DNA of 64,000 bases from Octopus sinensis (Eukaryota), in the NCBI RefSeq assembly GCF_006345805.1, contig NC_043015.1, positions 3,844,001-3,908,000 of the forward strand, written 5' to 3'. The position numbers were made by a program, and so were the translations under genes. How positions within the stretch are numbered: position 1 is the first letter of the stretch; each line of letters opens with the position of its first letter. This document shows positions 27,005 through 40,913 of this stretch, in pieces. The notes under the pieces were generated by a model. The model did not search any database and had not been told where the DNA came from. It was given only the letters and a program-made list of their open reading frames with translations.

Positions 27005-27535
27005 GTATATATGGCACTACGAATTTTACTTACAAAAGAAGAACCGCCTGCGAACAATATTAATAGACACATGCTGAAGATTCCGCGCAGTAAGATTGAA
27101 ACATGCGACCAGAGCGCAGGCCTCTTCCATGTACATTCTGGACTCCGCGTGTGGGTATACGTATGTGTATGTGTGTACATGCGTGTGTGATTTTATGCGT
27201 GTACGAGTGTAGAAGAGGTACGATCGAAGCAGTATGAGAGAAATATATGCAGAATTGAAATGCCATCAATGCCAACATAAGGAAATGATTGCGCACGTAA
27301 TTGTAATGATTTATGTATATTCATACCTGACTTGTGTGCCTGGTTAGCACATTAAGCATTACATTCCTCACAAATCGCATCAACCTTCTCATGCTATTTC
27401 AGCAAATGTTTGTGTTAGTGATAAAGGTCGGTTTAGTTCCATTGGAAATGAATGTAATTATGGTAGCTTTTAGAGTATTTTCAATTATAGCGAATACATA
27501 AATTATTAATCAGCAGTGTATTACATTCGTAAAAG

Positions 27536-27576
<41 letters not shown>

Positions 27577-27589
27577 ATATCTATATATA

Positions 27590-27627
<38 letters not shown>

Positions 27628-29346
27628 ATATATATGCATATGGTTACAGATATATATATATAATATATATATATACACATATATGCCTATGTGTTTATAT
27701 ATATTATTGATGTTATATTCAAATATTTATACATATGTACATATGTTTTCTGTTACGTATGTATGTATAATTACCACTGGATATTTAACCCCATCGATTA
27801 TGCATCACTGCGATTACCCATTCACATTACCTTAATTACGAAACTGCACATTCATAAAGCAATCCGGATTCATGTTTAAACTGTCAAGGGCTGTTAATGG
27901 TTAGCGAACACAAACGCAGTCTCATAAACGTACCGCCGCACATACAGTGGCAGACACACACGTAGAGATGTACACAGGAACAAACTAACGCAAATCCATC
28001 TATTTATGGAGAACATAAGGGAGATATTGCCGGAGATTTAGAGAGGATATCTCGAAAGTTTGGGTTGGTTTACTGTACGGAATATCATAAAGTAAAATGT
28101 ATTATGCTTAATCAATATTTATATATAACTACATATAGGTGTAGGTGTGAAATTTTAAGCTGTATACAAACTTACAAGTCTTTCTCAAATACATATGCGG
28201 AATCTCATATACCGATATACGTATTTACCTAGCTGGATGCATATATACATATATAACAACAAATACGCACATATAGAGCTATAATTAAGTTGAGGTATAA
28301 CAGTATCTATATATATACGTTAGATAAATTACATATATTTTTTATCGCTAATGCCATTACAAAATACCAAGTGAAACAAATTTGATAGTCAATTTAATTT
28401 AATTACTGTTTATATCCTCTCCTCCTAATTCTCTGTTTTATTCGATTTCCAAGTCTCGCCATTTAATATCTCCAACATAGAATTTCTGTCTTTTTCGGAA
28501 TATATATTTATGTACTGATTAGTATAGTCTGTTGTAACAAATATACACTTCAGAAAACACTATTCAGACATACGCGCGCACACAAAGACGTACACACACA
28601 CACACACACACACAGAGACACTTAGGCACATTGATATAAATACACTCACCCGCACACGAACATATATAAGTATCTGCATATCTGCATGCATATGAATTCA
28701 TTTACGAGTGTATGAATATGTTAAAAATTTACTGTCTTTTCATTTATTCCCCTCCTAATATAAGTTTTCTCACCGTTCTTGTAATTATACTTTCCAACCT
28801 CTGCCAGATTCGTCACTGAATCTTAATCAAACTATTCTATTTCATCTCTTGACATTTTATACTTTTGTTTTTGCTAGTTGCTATAATGCTTATTTTGTCA
28901 AAATACATACATGTACCACTGTTTATATTACATTCAAAGCTCATAAACTTTAATGATTTTTACTTTTTACCACGATAGAACTAAGTACGTTAATGTTACT
29001 CGTCATATAATGGATGATTTTGAAAGAATACTTTTAACACCATTAGTAATTTCAAGAAAAATAGCAGATAAACATTAATTATAGTATAACTTTTAAGAAA
29101 TTAATTTATGTTTACGGTAGATTATGAAACGTATACTCAATTAATATCGTATACAAACTTGAAATAAAATTACATAAATCTATTTTGGAACAGTACAGAA
29201 AATGAAAACAAAAGTTTCACACATATTCAATTTTACGAAGTGGCATGTCAGATATACATACTCTCTCTCACTCTCCCTCCATCTGTCTCCATCTCTCTTT
29301 CTCCCCACTCTACATACATACTTGCCTACATATATGTGTGTGAAGA

Positions 29347-29578
29347 AGGCGGCGAGCTGGCAGAATCGTTAGCACGTCGGGTGAAATGCTTAGCGTTATT
29401 TCGTCTGCCGCTACGTTCTGAGTTCAAATTCCGCCGAGGTGGACTTTGCCTTTCATCCTTTCGGGGTCGATAAATAAAGTACCAGTTTCGCACTGGGGTC
29501 GTCGTAATCGACTTAATCCCTTTGTCTGTCCTTATTTGTCCCCTCTATGTTTAGCCCCTTGTGGTCAATAAAGAAATA
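29347..29578 (+). mobile_element. SINE family A, full length
   Basis: Near-identical to 16980-17210; approximate TSD ATATATGTGTG(TG)AAG. Confidence 0.9.
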
Positions 29579-29592
29579 TATATATGTGTGAA

Positions 29593-29904
29593 GGGGCACG
29601 CTTCGTGGTTGGGGCATTGTGTTCACGATCGTAAGGTCGTGAGTTCAATTCCCGGCAGCACGCTGTGCCTTTGAGCAAGACAATTTTTTCACGTTTCTCC
29701 AGTGCACTCAGCTAGCAACAACGAATAGGACATGTATTTCAAAAGGCCAGCCTTATCACACTCTGCGTCACACTGAATCTCCCTGCGAACAACGTTAAGT
29801 TACACGTGTCTGTGTAATGCTCAGCCACATGGATGCTAATTTCACGAGCAAGCTTTTATGGTGATCGCATCAGATGGTACCCTCGTCGTTAATCGACTGA
29901 TTGT

Positions 29905-29905
<1 letters not shown>
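29593..29905 (+). mobile_element. SINE family C, full length
   Basis: A-box-like CTTCGTGGTT, B-box GAGTTCAATTCCC, then CCTTTGAGCAAGACA core. Confidence 0.75.
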
Positions 29906-29977
<72 letters not shown>

Positions 29978-30176
29978 AGGGTGAAATATAATTAATTTAA
30001 TAAAATTAATAAATTTCACCTAGTAGTTTTTCGGTATGGAAAGGACCACAATCGGTCGAAATCATATATAATTATAATAAAGGGTTATAAGCAACAAGGT
30101 GCTTAAACACATACCCAAAAAATATAGATATAAAATATATGAACGTAAAAAATATAAAATATAAAAATTATAATTA

Positions 30177-30221
<45 letters not shown>

Positions 30222-33200
30222 ACATCTCTTCCAACTCTGAGATACTTTCTCTTCCTTTAATAGAATAACGTTCATCTATGCTTATCTTTATGTTTAGCTT
30301 CATATGCATCTGAGTCATATGTTCCTTCTATATAAATGCATAAATAAATTCGGAGGGTCGTGGATGAATGGAACAATTACTGCGTCGAAGTGCATATATT
30401 CGCTGTTATAGTTCCATCAATGTAGGTTCCGATACATTAACTTCGTGGATATTATATCGAACTATACATCGAACACTAATTGCATATTTCGGAAAACCGA
30501 AGTATCACATCATTCCATATTAACCTTTATATTTCAAATTCAATATATTCATAGTTTAACATATATTATGTCTATTCTTTGTCTGGTTCTTCCACATGTG
30601 ACGTTTGTTTATGTGTTTCTTTCAAATTCATATTCTACGACACACAGGTATTTAGGTAATATAATAGACTTGAGTTTCAGTTATGCTTACCTAGATGTTT
30701 AAATTCATAGGCACTAAGATATATAACATTTATAAATGTTGCAGACACATCTACGAAGTTAGCATTAAATGAATGCAGGTGTACATAGTAGTTTCAAACA
30801 AATTTTCATTAAAATCCACATAAGGCAAACATAAATCTTGATTTGTCGAATACAATCCAGCGAAGTGTTGTCTGGTTTATATGTTTATTTCTAAGTTGTA
30901 TCACTGGGTATGGAAATAAATATAAGGCAGTGTTTGAACATTTCTCTCGTGAAACAAGTTTCATGGATTATTGAACTAATTACTTTTGCCTTGGGAAAAA
31001 AAGGAATTAATTTGACGTCAGTATAAATGGAATGGATGTATAGTTAGAAACGTTTCAGGTGTTAAAATTCATTCTGTAATTTGGAATGTTAAACAAGATT
31101 CTGGGTAGGTATTTAGGAAATAAAAATAAATAAAAAAACAAGGAGCAGATGTTACAATATTCATACTCGCTTTCAAAGGTCCATACACATGTCACAAATA
31201 GATTAATGCTACCAATTCTTCTTGGTTAAATTAACGACACGAAAGTAATTTAGAAAGAAGTCGTTTGTTAATGCCCTTCCCCCCTTCACCTCCTCTATTT
31301 CTTTTCCTTCTCCCGTCTGTATTTTATTCACTTAATCTAACGTCTACTCATTTTTAACAATTATGTAGGTAAATGTATTTACGTCGTTATATCTATCGAA
31401 CAACATGTGGTTTGCAGAACATGTAAGCGGGATGAAAATATCTTAAATCTTTAGCTTCCCTTGTGAATTTGTTGACTGTTATAAATCGTTAACTTAGTTG
31501 TCTATTATCATAAATCAATAAAATATCTTTAGGAGTTATATATTTGCAGATAATTTTATTATAAGCATTGTAGTTTCAGGTTATCATGCAAAAGTATTAA
31601 ACTGTATGGGGCTTTAGGAACCATACGGCGAATATCAATTTAATGTTATTACCTACAATTTTTGGCAAAATTAATTAATTATAGATATTTACCATAACTC
31701 ACGCATACTGACACGAGGCAACACATATGTAGCTAGCAAAGTCTTTTGACTTTTCCTCTATCTATCTATCTGTCTATCTTATATATATATATATATATAT
31801 CCATATTAATTTTAAATTATATCTATCTATCTATATATATATATATATTGATTTACTTTCTTGTGAGAGTCTAGAAGCAAACATTTCTGTGAGTTTATAT
31901 ATCTCGCTTCAACAAATCTTTTAGGTATCTATTCAATTTTTCAAGAAAACTTTTAGGGGAAGGTCATCGATATAGAATGTTCTGTGTCGCTTGATGGCTA
32001 AAAATATTTCATTCTTCCACAATACACACACAGTCTCTTTTTTTATGACCACTTTTTCCTAATGTTTTGTGGTAGTTTGAAAATGAGTAGCACTATAGTT
32101 CTGGGTGGTATTTCTTTGATCATTTTGTCTGCTCGATCAGTACGTATTCGGTGTAAACAGCAACAAAAAACGTTTACACAAAACAGAATTTTTGAACTTT
32201 TGTATTAGGATGAAACAAAACAAACCATTCATGGAAGTATTTCTATATTAATAGTTATGCGTAGGATGAACTATAATTTCGACCATTTAATTGGTTGAGG
32301 AAAGCTGAAAACAAAACAGAATTTCTGGCACGTTGCCACCAACCTACAAATTAAATACTTTTCAAATGTTTATGAGGCAATATAGCAGGAGAAATTGATG
32401 CTGCTTATTGAATCGATGCAATTACATATCCGTTTTATGGGGGCACTAAATTGATATAATAGAGAAATGGAGCCCTGCTGGATGTGAAATCGTATAGGAA
32501 GGACCCGTGAATTTATATTAAAGTTTTAATGTGTACTCCGCTGTTCCATTGTAACTTCATGTGCATTAGAAAAAAGGATTCATAAATCTCTGAGATATTT
32601 GAAATTATGAGGGACTGTATGTGTATTCTAGGCTGAAACAATTTTAGTATATAATGGTGAGGTATTTATTTCATCTACTTTTCTTGCTATAAATTAAGAT
32701 ATAAAAAGTCAAAATACCATTGAGATTTGATCACAAAATGCAAACAGTGAAACGAAATAAAGAAAGGAGTAATGAGTGTCACTCACATTTAGGGTTATTG
32801 CCTCTGTTTCCATGTATTATTTATGAAGGAGAAAAAAATGACTATAAAATAAAGTTTGGCAAAAATGTTAGAAGAATGATAAAAAGAAGGAAGTTAAAGC
32901 ATAGAAAGAAGTGATGGAGGAAAACCGAACATTACAAGAACACAATGAGAAAAATTGGCGAAGAGAAGGACGTGGAAAAGAAAAGAAAGGCAGAATTGGG
33001 ATGAGGAAGTGGAGAAAGAATGGGGAGAGAATAGAAGAGAAAATTAAATGAGAGGCAATCATGTGGAATATGAGGGAAAATAAAAATATTCTCGTTGCGT
33101 GATTTCAGATAGAAACGGTGTGAAATGAATGCATTAAATAAGATTGGCAGCAGTGCCTTGAGGGTTAATTATATAACTACACACACAAATAGGGAAAATT

Positions 33201-33964
33201 GAAATTGATTCTTTTTTAGTAATCTTATAAACATTCCATTTACCATGAATAAAATAGCGCTTTTCAAACTACGTGCAAAGAAACAGCAGCGTCACCATGT
33301 TGTAGCGAATGCCTAACAAAATAGATCGATTGTCCACTTGAGATATAACGAATATATTCTAAATCTCGAACGGTTCATTAGATTAGAACAACATTAAAAA
33401 GAAAGACAGAAAATAATATTTAGTAGACGTGTTTTAATTTAAATAGTTAAATTGAGATAATTCTCTGTTCCTTTACGTTATTCATTTCCTCTGTAGCTCT
33501 TATTTGTTATTTTATATTTGTAAATCATTAGGTCAAACAGATTCCACAGGAACACATTCTTTATCGATATTTGTGCAAGGACTAGTAAACATATAGCTGA
33601 ATGACGTGACCGAGTAGAAAATCATTAACTGACGACATTTAAAAAATATCTTTGTCATGCACTGCTTCAAGTAAATCTATTGGTGTTCTTGTTCTGTTTT
33701 TTTTGTTTTTTTTATTTTCTTCTCGGAGGTAACATTGCTCATTTGGAAAACACTACACGCTCTACTCAATTAAATTACACTGAACGCCGCAGATGAATGC
33801 ATGCGATTTGTAGAGAATGGATGGAGTTGCAAAAGATGCAATATTGCAATTATGTAAAACTGTGTACAAAACGAAGGCAATTATTCATGCATACATTTTT
33901 TAAAAACAAACATACAAACATATCAAGATGCACATAAATACACACACGCACACACATACATATG

Positions 33965-34010
<46 letters not shown>

Positions 34011-34565
34011 TACAAATACATAAGGATATATTTAGTAATAGGTGTATACGCATACACGCACACACATATATATATGCGTGTGAATATATATCTTTATATT
34101 TATATGTATGTATATGCGTGTGCATGAGTTGGCACGTGTGCGTGTGTGTGTATGTTTGTATGTACGTGTGTGTATATTTGTATATTTGTATCCGCGAGCG
34201 CTTGCATGTGACTGATCCTCGGTGAATATTTGCGCATGTTTGAGCATATGCTAAAGTTCGTACGATATAAAACAAAAAGGCATAAAATTATGTAAGCCAG
34301 TAAATACTTAAACTATGCTATCAATAAAAAAGTTAAACACGATTTGAAATTTTCAGATGTTATCGAATGAAATTGATATCTAAATATGTGCATGATATAT
34401 GAACGGCAAGTATTTCATAGAACATATGGAACAGGAAGAAATCACATTTATCTTATCCAATAGCATTATAATTGGATTCACATACTATCAACTGAGAAAT
34501 TTTTCGTTTCTACTCACAACTTGTATTAAAATATATTGTTCACGTCCACACATATGCGTGTACGC

Positions 34566-34602
<37 letters not shown>

Positions 34603-34735
34603 ATATATATAATATCACAATCAAGGAACGGCCATAATAGGCCATTCACCCACTAGAAATAACAGCAAAAGCTTTAACCGCAAAATAACATCAATTCCGT
34701 AAACCAGGAGAAATTTAAAAAACATTTACCCTGTA

Positions 34736-34840
34736 ATTTCTTATACGATGCACCGTTTCGTCTACTGTTAATGGTAAACTAACCTGATTAAATTAAATCA
34801 AGCAATCTACGATAGGCCCTTAGATTCATCAGTAAGAAAT
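34736..34840 (-). ncRNA. Type I hammerhead ribozyme motif
   Basis: Minus strand: ATTTCTTA-CTGATGA-ATCTA..TAGAC-GAAA-CGGTGCATCG-TA-TAAGAAAT. Confidence 0.75.
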
Positions 34841-35536
34841 AGCCAAGTCGGAACAGATATTTTTCACGAGGCATTCCCGTCCCTGCCTCGGCAATATCTG
34901 ACCTAAAATTTTCAAATCATCGCACTCGCGCCAAATTTATCGGCAGCAAATAAATATAAGCCGCCGATTCCTTACGGAATTAACCAGAAAATTCATAATT
35001 AATCAATATAGGGTAGCAAAAAATTTTGTAGAATTTTTTTGCCACCAGCGGCCTAGTGGGAAAAAATTAAATAGTCATAGACCATTTTTAAGTTCAACAT
35101 CACAATCAAGGAACGGCCATAATAGGCCATTCACAAAACGGTGCATCGTATAAGAAATTACAGGGTAAATGTTTTTTTAATTTTCTCTGGTTTACGGAAT
35201 TGATGTTATTTTGCGGTTAAAGCTTTTGGCTGTTATTTCTATGTGGGTGAAGGCCTATTATGGCCGTTCCTTGATTGTGATGTTGAACTTAAAAATGGTC
35301 TATGACTATTTAATTTTTTCCCACTAGGCCGCTGGTGGCAAAAAAATCTACAAATTTTTTTGCTACCCTATATGATTAATTATGAATTTTCTGGTTAATC
35401 CGTAATGGAATCGGCGGCTTATATTTATTGCTGCCGATAAATTTGGCGCGAGTGCGATGATTTGAAAATTTTAGGTCAGATATTGCCGAGGCAGGGACGG
35501 GAATGCCTCGTGAAAAATCTCTGTTCCGACTTGGCT

Positions 35537-35643
35537 ATTTCTTACTGATGAACCTAAGGGCCTATCGTAGATTGGCTTGATTTAATTTAATCAGGTTAGT
35601 TTACCATTAAACAGTAGACGAAACGGTGCATCGTATAAGAAAT
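35537..35643 (+). ncRNA. Type I hammerhead ribozyme motif
   Basis: 8-bp stem I ATTTCTTA/TAAGAAAT; CTGATGA 35545-35551; GAAA 35620-35623; near-palindromic stem III CGGTGCATCG; predicted GUA cleavage after 35635. Confidence 0.72.
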
Positions 35644-35884
35644 TACAGGGTAAATGTTTTTTTAATTTCTCCTGGTTTACGGAATTGATGTTATTTTGCG
35701 GTTAAAGCTTTTGCTGTTATTTCTAGTTGGTGAATGGCCTATATGGCCGTTCCTTGATTGTGATGTTGAACTTAAAAATGGTCTATGACTATTTAATTTT
35801 TTCCCATTAGGCCGCTGGTGGCAAAAAAATCTACAAAAGTTTTTTTGCTACCCTATATTGATTAATTATATATATATATATATA

Positions 35885-35926
<42 letters not shown>

Positions 35927-37736
35927 TGTGTGTGTGTTGTGTGTGTTGTTGTATGTATGAAATATATATATCTATATGTATAATACAGTGGCGGGAAATA
36001 TATATTCGCACATGTCAAAATTCTTTATTTATTTAACTTCTAATGAAGATAAATGGGATGTACCAATACTGTATTTGCATACACATGCATAAACTAAGAA
36101 TATGCAAAAGAAACTAATAAATTATTGTAACTTATATGTATGCTTGCATTTATGTGTACATTTCCTGAAATAAACCTAACGTAGAAATGTGAGCACGTGG
36201 AACTAGAATCCAAAATCGAAAGAATGATATTATTTTGTAAATTTACGTTGATAAATTGGAGAACTTTTAATCAGAGAACTAACAAACAATTAATTTTGGA
36301 ACAGGAATTGTATAAATTTACAAGAAGCCGTGCAGTGCAGTTTAATAATTTAATTATCATATATAACCCGTAATGCTTAACAACCTTAAACTTCTTTCTG
36401 TTTTTCCTTTACAAACGCTGTTTTTCAAAGTAGGAAGAACAATTTGCAGAAAGCAAATATGGAAGGCAGGAAAGTGAAGTAAATTTAAATCAGTATTCTG
36501 TATTTAATAGAAAATTTTCCTGATAATTCTTCTCTCCAATAGTATATATATTTCCATTCTATGCAACAATTACTTATATACTTGGGAACTCTTTAAGAGT
36601 ATTTTATTCTCAAGAAATAGTTCTGATCTGTGAAAGGTGGGAATAATAATTTCCATAGATTTGTCAGCTACAATGAAAATAAAATGGGAGCTTAAGAAAA
36701 TACTTTTTTACTCACAAATCTATACTGTATGCATGTAAACGGTTTTGTTTATGAGCTCAACTTGTGAAGAAAGTCCCCAGCAACTGCGGAGTCATGCATA
36801 TACATATCAGTACGCATATACACTGATGAGATGCGAACAATATTTAATTTGTAACATATAATATTCTAACATTCATGTACATATTTATTCAAAATATCTA
36901 TGTCAATCATGCTTTAGATATATGCAGGGCAACTAGCATCCAGTTTGATCTCCCCTTGCGTGAACAGAATATTTAGTTCTCCCATAGCTTCGATTATTAT
37001 TCTGCTGAACGCAAGCATATTTCATATTAACATAGTCATTGTATGATGAGTGTTTATTTAGCTTGATATATTTTACTCCGAGTGATCTACAATATAAGGG
37101 ATTAAAATTTGTGAGACCTAACAGCCTGCTGTTGGTGATATCCCAGCAGTAGAGTCTAGCAAAGTGATTTCAACGCCCTAGGTGGAGTAGTTAGTTAGAT
37201 AGTTAGTTACGATTTTTGCAGGATAACAATTCACATGAAGTAAACTATTGGAAAGCCGTTTTGCAATTTTGTGCGTGGTTGAGTGATGTAATACAAGAAA
37301 CAATAAATATATAATCACTAATATTATTCATAAGAAAAATATTCTGCATGTAAATGCAAAACTTTAGTTAAACAGATACTACAAGAGATAACATTTCATA
37401 ATATCCTCTCGTAGTTCCGATGCGTAATCTCCGATATATTATCCGACGTTACAAATAAAGTTGTTTCTATGTTCAAATTCTATCTAGCACGAAAGAAGGT
37501 GGTTTATTTTCCGATGTTTATACAGAATTGGCATGTCATAAGAATCATACTTTTTCCAAGTATCTCGCTGATTCTTTCTCTATCTCTACCTAGCTTTTTA
37601 ACTTTCCATCGCCCTCTCTCGTTTCATGAATGTGTTCCTTTATCACTTATTGTCGGATCTCATGTAAAGGAAGATTTAAATAAATGCGGTATGATAATAC
37701 GTATCAGGCTTAAAGACAAAATCTTCAACACCACCT

Positions 37737-37786
<50 letters not shown>

Positions 37787-38501
37787 TATGAACCATAAAT
37801 TCATACACTTGCACACACACATTTGTGTGACAATATGGGAGAGAGAGAGGATATTATCTTCGAATACTTGCATGTTAGAATGCTATTTCTTATGTTTCAG
37901 CATGTTTATACGTTCTTGGCTGGGTATGCGCGTTGACTGAGTATTAAGCTTATTTACTCTTCACTATAAATCCCCGCGTGTAACTTCAAGCCACTTTGAA
38001 ACACTTTAAAACACCTACTTTCATACATGCGTCAATAAATGTCCAGCTGCAATATAGTTGCCTGATAAATTATCAGATTTTTAAGTACTAACTTGCGATG
38101 GATTAGTTATATTTTCAACGGCAGCCTTATGAAATAATCCTTTCAGTATGAATATATAACTCAAATAATTGCTATAATTGCACCTCTTCAATTTTAGGTA
38201 AGGCTTATGAACGAATATAACTGAAATGTACCCTGATGATACAGCATGAAATTCGAAGTAATATAATCAAGTACATCGCTTGACTGCAGAAAATATCTGA
38301 GAAGATATGACGCAATTTACCTGAAGGTATAATTTGTCGGAATTCGTCTATCCTCATTATTTAAAGAATAGAAAACTTCAACATGAAAAAAATTAATTAA
38401 CTTATTGGCATTAAGTGGTTTATCAATTAACTGGAAATAAGAAATATTCCCTAATTTACACTGTTTCGTGTTAAATGTGAGAAACACCTGTTCGTACTGT
38501 A

Positions 38502-39105
38502 AGGCGGCAAGCTGGCAAAAACGTTAGCACGCTGGGCGAAATGCTTAGTGGTGTTTCGTCTGCCGTTGCGTTCTGTGTTCAAATTCCGCCGAGGTCGACT
38601 TTGCCTTTCATCCATTTGGGGTCGATAAATTAAGTACCAGTTACGCACTGGTGTCGGTATAATCGACTTAATCCGTCTGTCTGTCCTTGTTTGTCCTCTC
38701 TGTGTTTAGCCCCTTGTGGTAGGAAATGAATAGAAATAGGAACCTCGTCTGCCACTACGTTCTGGGTTCAAATTCCGCGAGGTCAACTTTGCCTTTCATC
38801 CTTTCGGGGTCGATTAAATGAGTACCAGTTACACACTAGGGTCGATATAATCGACTTAATCCGTTTATCTGTCCTTGTTTGTCCTCTCCGTGTTTAGTCC
38901 CTTGTGTGTAGTAAAGAAATAGGTATTTCGTCGGCGCTACGTTCTAAGGTTAAATCCAGCCGAGGTCGACTTTACCTTTCATCCTTTCGGGGTCGATTAA
39001 GTAAGTACCAGTTACGCACTGGGTTCGATATAATCGACTTAATCCGTTTGTCCGTCCTTGTTTGGCCCATTTGTGGGTAGCCCCTTGTGGGCAGTAAAGA
39101 GATAA
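38502..39105 (+). mobile_element. SINE family A with one head and three tandem ~190-bp body units
   Basis: GAGGTC(G/A)ACTTT..AGTACCAGTTAC..CCCTTGTG repeated three times; imperfect TSD GTTCGT(A/T)CTGT(A/C)A at 38490-38502 / 39106-39118. Confidence 0.9.
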
Positions 39106-39859
39106 GTTCGTTCTGTCATGGCTGAAATTTATCCGGAGAAAATATATCACAGTGGGAATATAATTGATCAATATCCTTTCTATTTTGATTAACCAGGTTC
39201 TGAAGGATACAACTGGAAGAAATGGGTCAATCGATTTGAGCTCCTTCTCTATCGCTACAAAAGATCTTTGAAAGAAATCAGAATAACGAAAATGCGATAC
39301 ACCTGGCAATTTAGCATACAAATCAAATTTATTCAACCTGGAACCTTATAAACTCCTTCCCTCCATGATTCAATACAATTGGTAATTGATATTCTTCTTT
39401 ATTCCTATGCGCATTAAATAAAAGAGAATGAGGAATCCATCGAGAAAAATATATGTAATAAATTAGTTTAAACACATAAACCGAGAGACAACGTTTAGTT
39501 AATCCTTGTAAGAGTGCACCATAATAATGCGTGTCAAAACGCGGACTCCCATTTACGTGAGTATGTGTTTATGTATGCAATATATGTGTATTCAAGTATG
39601 TACCGATTATATAGCTGGAATTTTACTTTGAAGAAAGTGATTTCCCATTGGAGTAAATATGAAGAGCCTACTTTCAAAACCGGTATAAAAGCGAATTTGC
39701 TCGATTTCATGACGATCATTAAAACACAATCTGCATGCTGCTGGCTTCACGCAGGTGGGATTTTTAGTCAAACTGGGATAGATGACATATAGACCGTAGG
39801 CGAATCTTAGTCTTCCTATCAAAATCAGATTTAATCAAGTTATTGTTTTTAAAAAAATC

Positions 39860-40560
39860 GGAATATCTGCATGCCGCTCAATTAGGGCATATCTTTTGCA
39901 TCTCATGATGTAAAAGTCTAAATATGGTAGAAGACGAATAAATGTCGCAAGATATTATACAAAGTGATGCAAATTAAATGATTCCTAATAGTGACGGGAA
40001 CAAGCGAACTCGTAAATGGAAGAATAACACTATTTGCAAACGTTACGCTGAAGGAAAGAAGTGATGCAGTGCTATAGGCAGGTATATTTGGCTGAGAACA
40101 TGTAGTCATAAAATGAATATTGCTTATATGTACAGTGAGCTCACTGAAGAGGATGTTTTGTACTTTCGGATTAAGCAATTTGAGAAACCACACAAAACTG
40201 AACAGGGACATTTCTTACTCCTCCATGTGAATCCGAATGTTGTCAAAGGGAAAACAGGAACTGCTGATAAGAAATCACATCAGTTATCAAATTCGTACAT
40301 CGTGAGGAAACAGAATGGATGGTGAGGAAAATTTGCGAATGAACTATCCGGGAAATTGTAGTGCAAAAAAAAAAAAGAGATGATGTGTTTCTTATACTTT
40401 TTAGAGAAACTGGACGTATGGCACAGGAGAATCGTGGTAGGGATTGGAAATCCCATAAGCGTATAGAGAAGAAAAACTCTGTCAGACATTATGATGGAAA
40501 TGAAAGCATTGGAATGTACTTACCAGCGGAGATGAAAAGCATCCGTGTGATAACAACCTA
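39860..40560 (+). mobile_element. DNA transposase N-terminal relic, Sola-like
   Basis: EQGHFLLLHV..VVK..SNSYIVRKQNG..FRETGRMAQENRGRDWKS..EKKNSVRHY..YLPAEM resembles the E.RGGDR.S / ESHY / YLP.EL region of Sola-type transposases (from recall). Confidence 0.45.
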
Positions 40561-40685
40561 TCTCCTGAAGAGCACAATGTAAAATACGTGATGTTCTACA
40601 GAATCGTTGTACATTGTTCAACATTGCTTTCCATAGCATATCTGTATATCTACATGGGCACAAACGACGTGCCAAAGCATTCTAT

Positions 40686-40738
<53 letters not shown>

Positions 40739-40874
40739 GTATATATTTATATATATACATGCGTATGTACTCGTACGCTCACATGCATGGATACATAAAG
40801 AACAGTAGAATCACATATATGTAGATATATATGTCTCTCTATGTTCGTTTATGCGGATATGTTTGCCTCTGAGT

Positions 40875-40913
<39 letters not shown>

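Larger units (their letters stand above)
34614..35869. mobile_element. Non-coding 485-bp-unit tandem/inverted element with hammerhead ribozymes (retrozyme/PLE pLTR-like), inserted in (TA)n
   Basis: Minus-oriented unit 34614-35098 plus partial 35099-35134; switch at 35135; plus-oriented unit 35136-35620 plus partial 35621-35869. Near-identical copies; no ORF in the track. Confidence 0.9.

Noticed and set aside
27068-27112. CTGAAGA..GAAACATG
   Set aside because: Could be a decayed PLE hammerhead, but lacks U16.1 and proper stems.
29593-29660. tRNA gene candidates at SINE heads
   Set aside because: A/B boxes are present but there is no cloverleaf, and the sequence continues into SINE bodies.
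38233-38265. CTGATGA..GAAA-TTCGAA
   Set aside because: Stem II and stem I do not pair; likely chance in AT-rich DNA.
38502-39105. CRISPR-like repeat array
   Set aside because: Whole ~190-bp units repeat with no unique spacers; eukaryotic SINE multimer.
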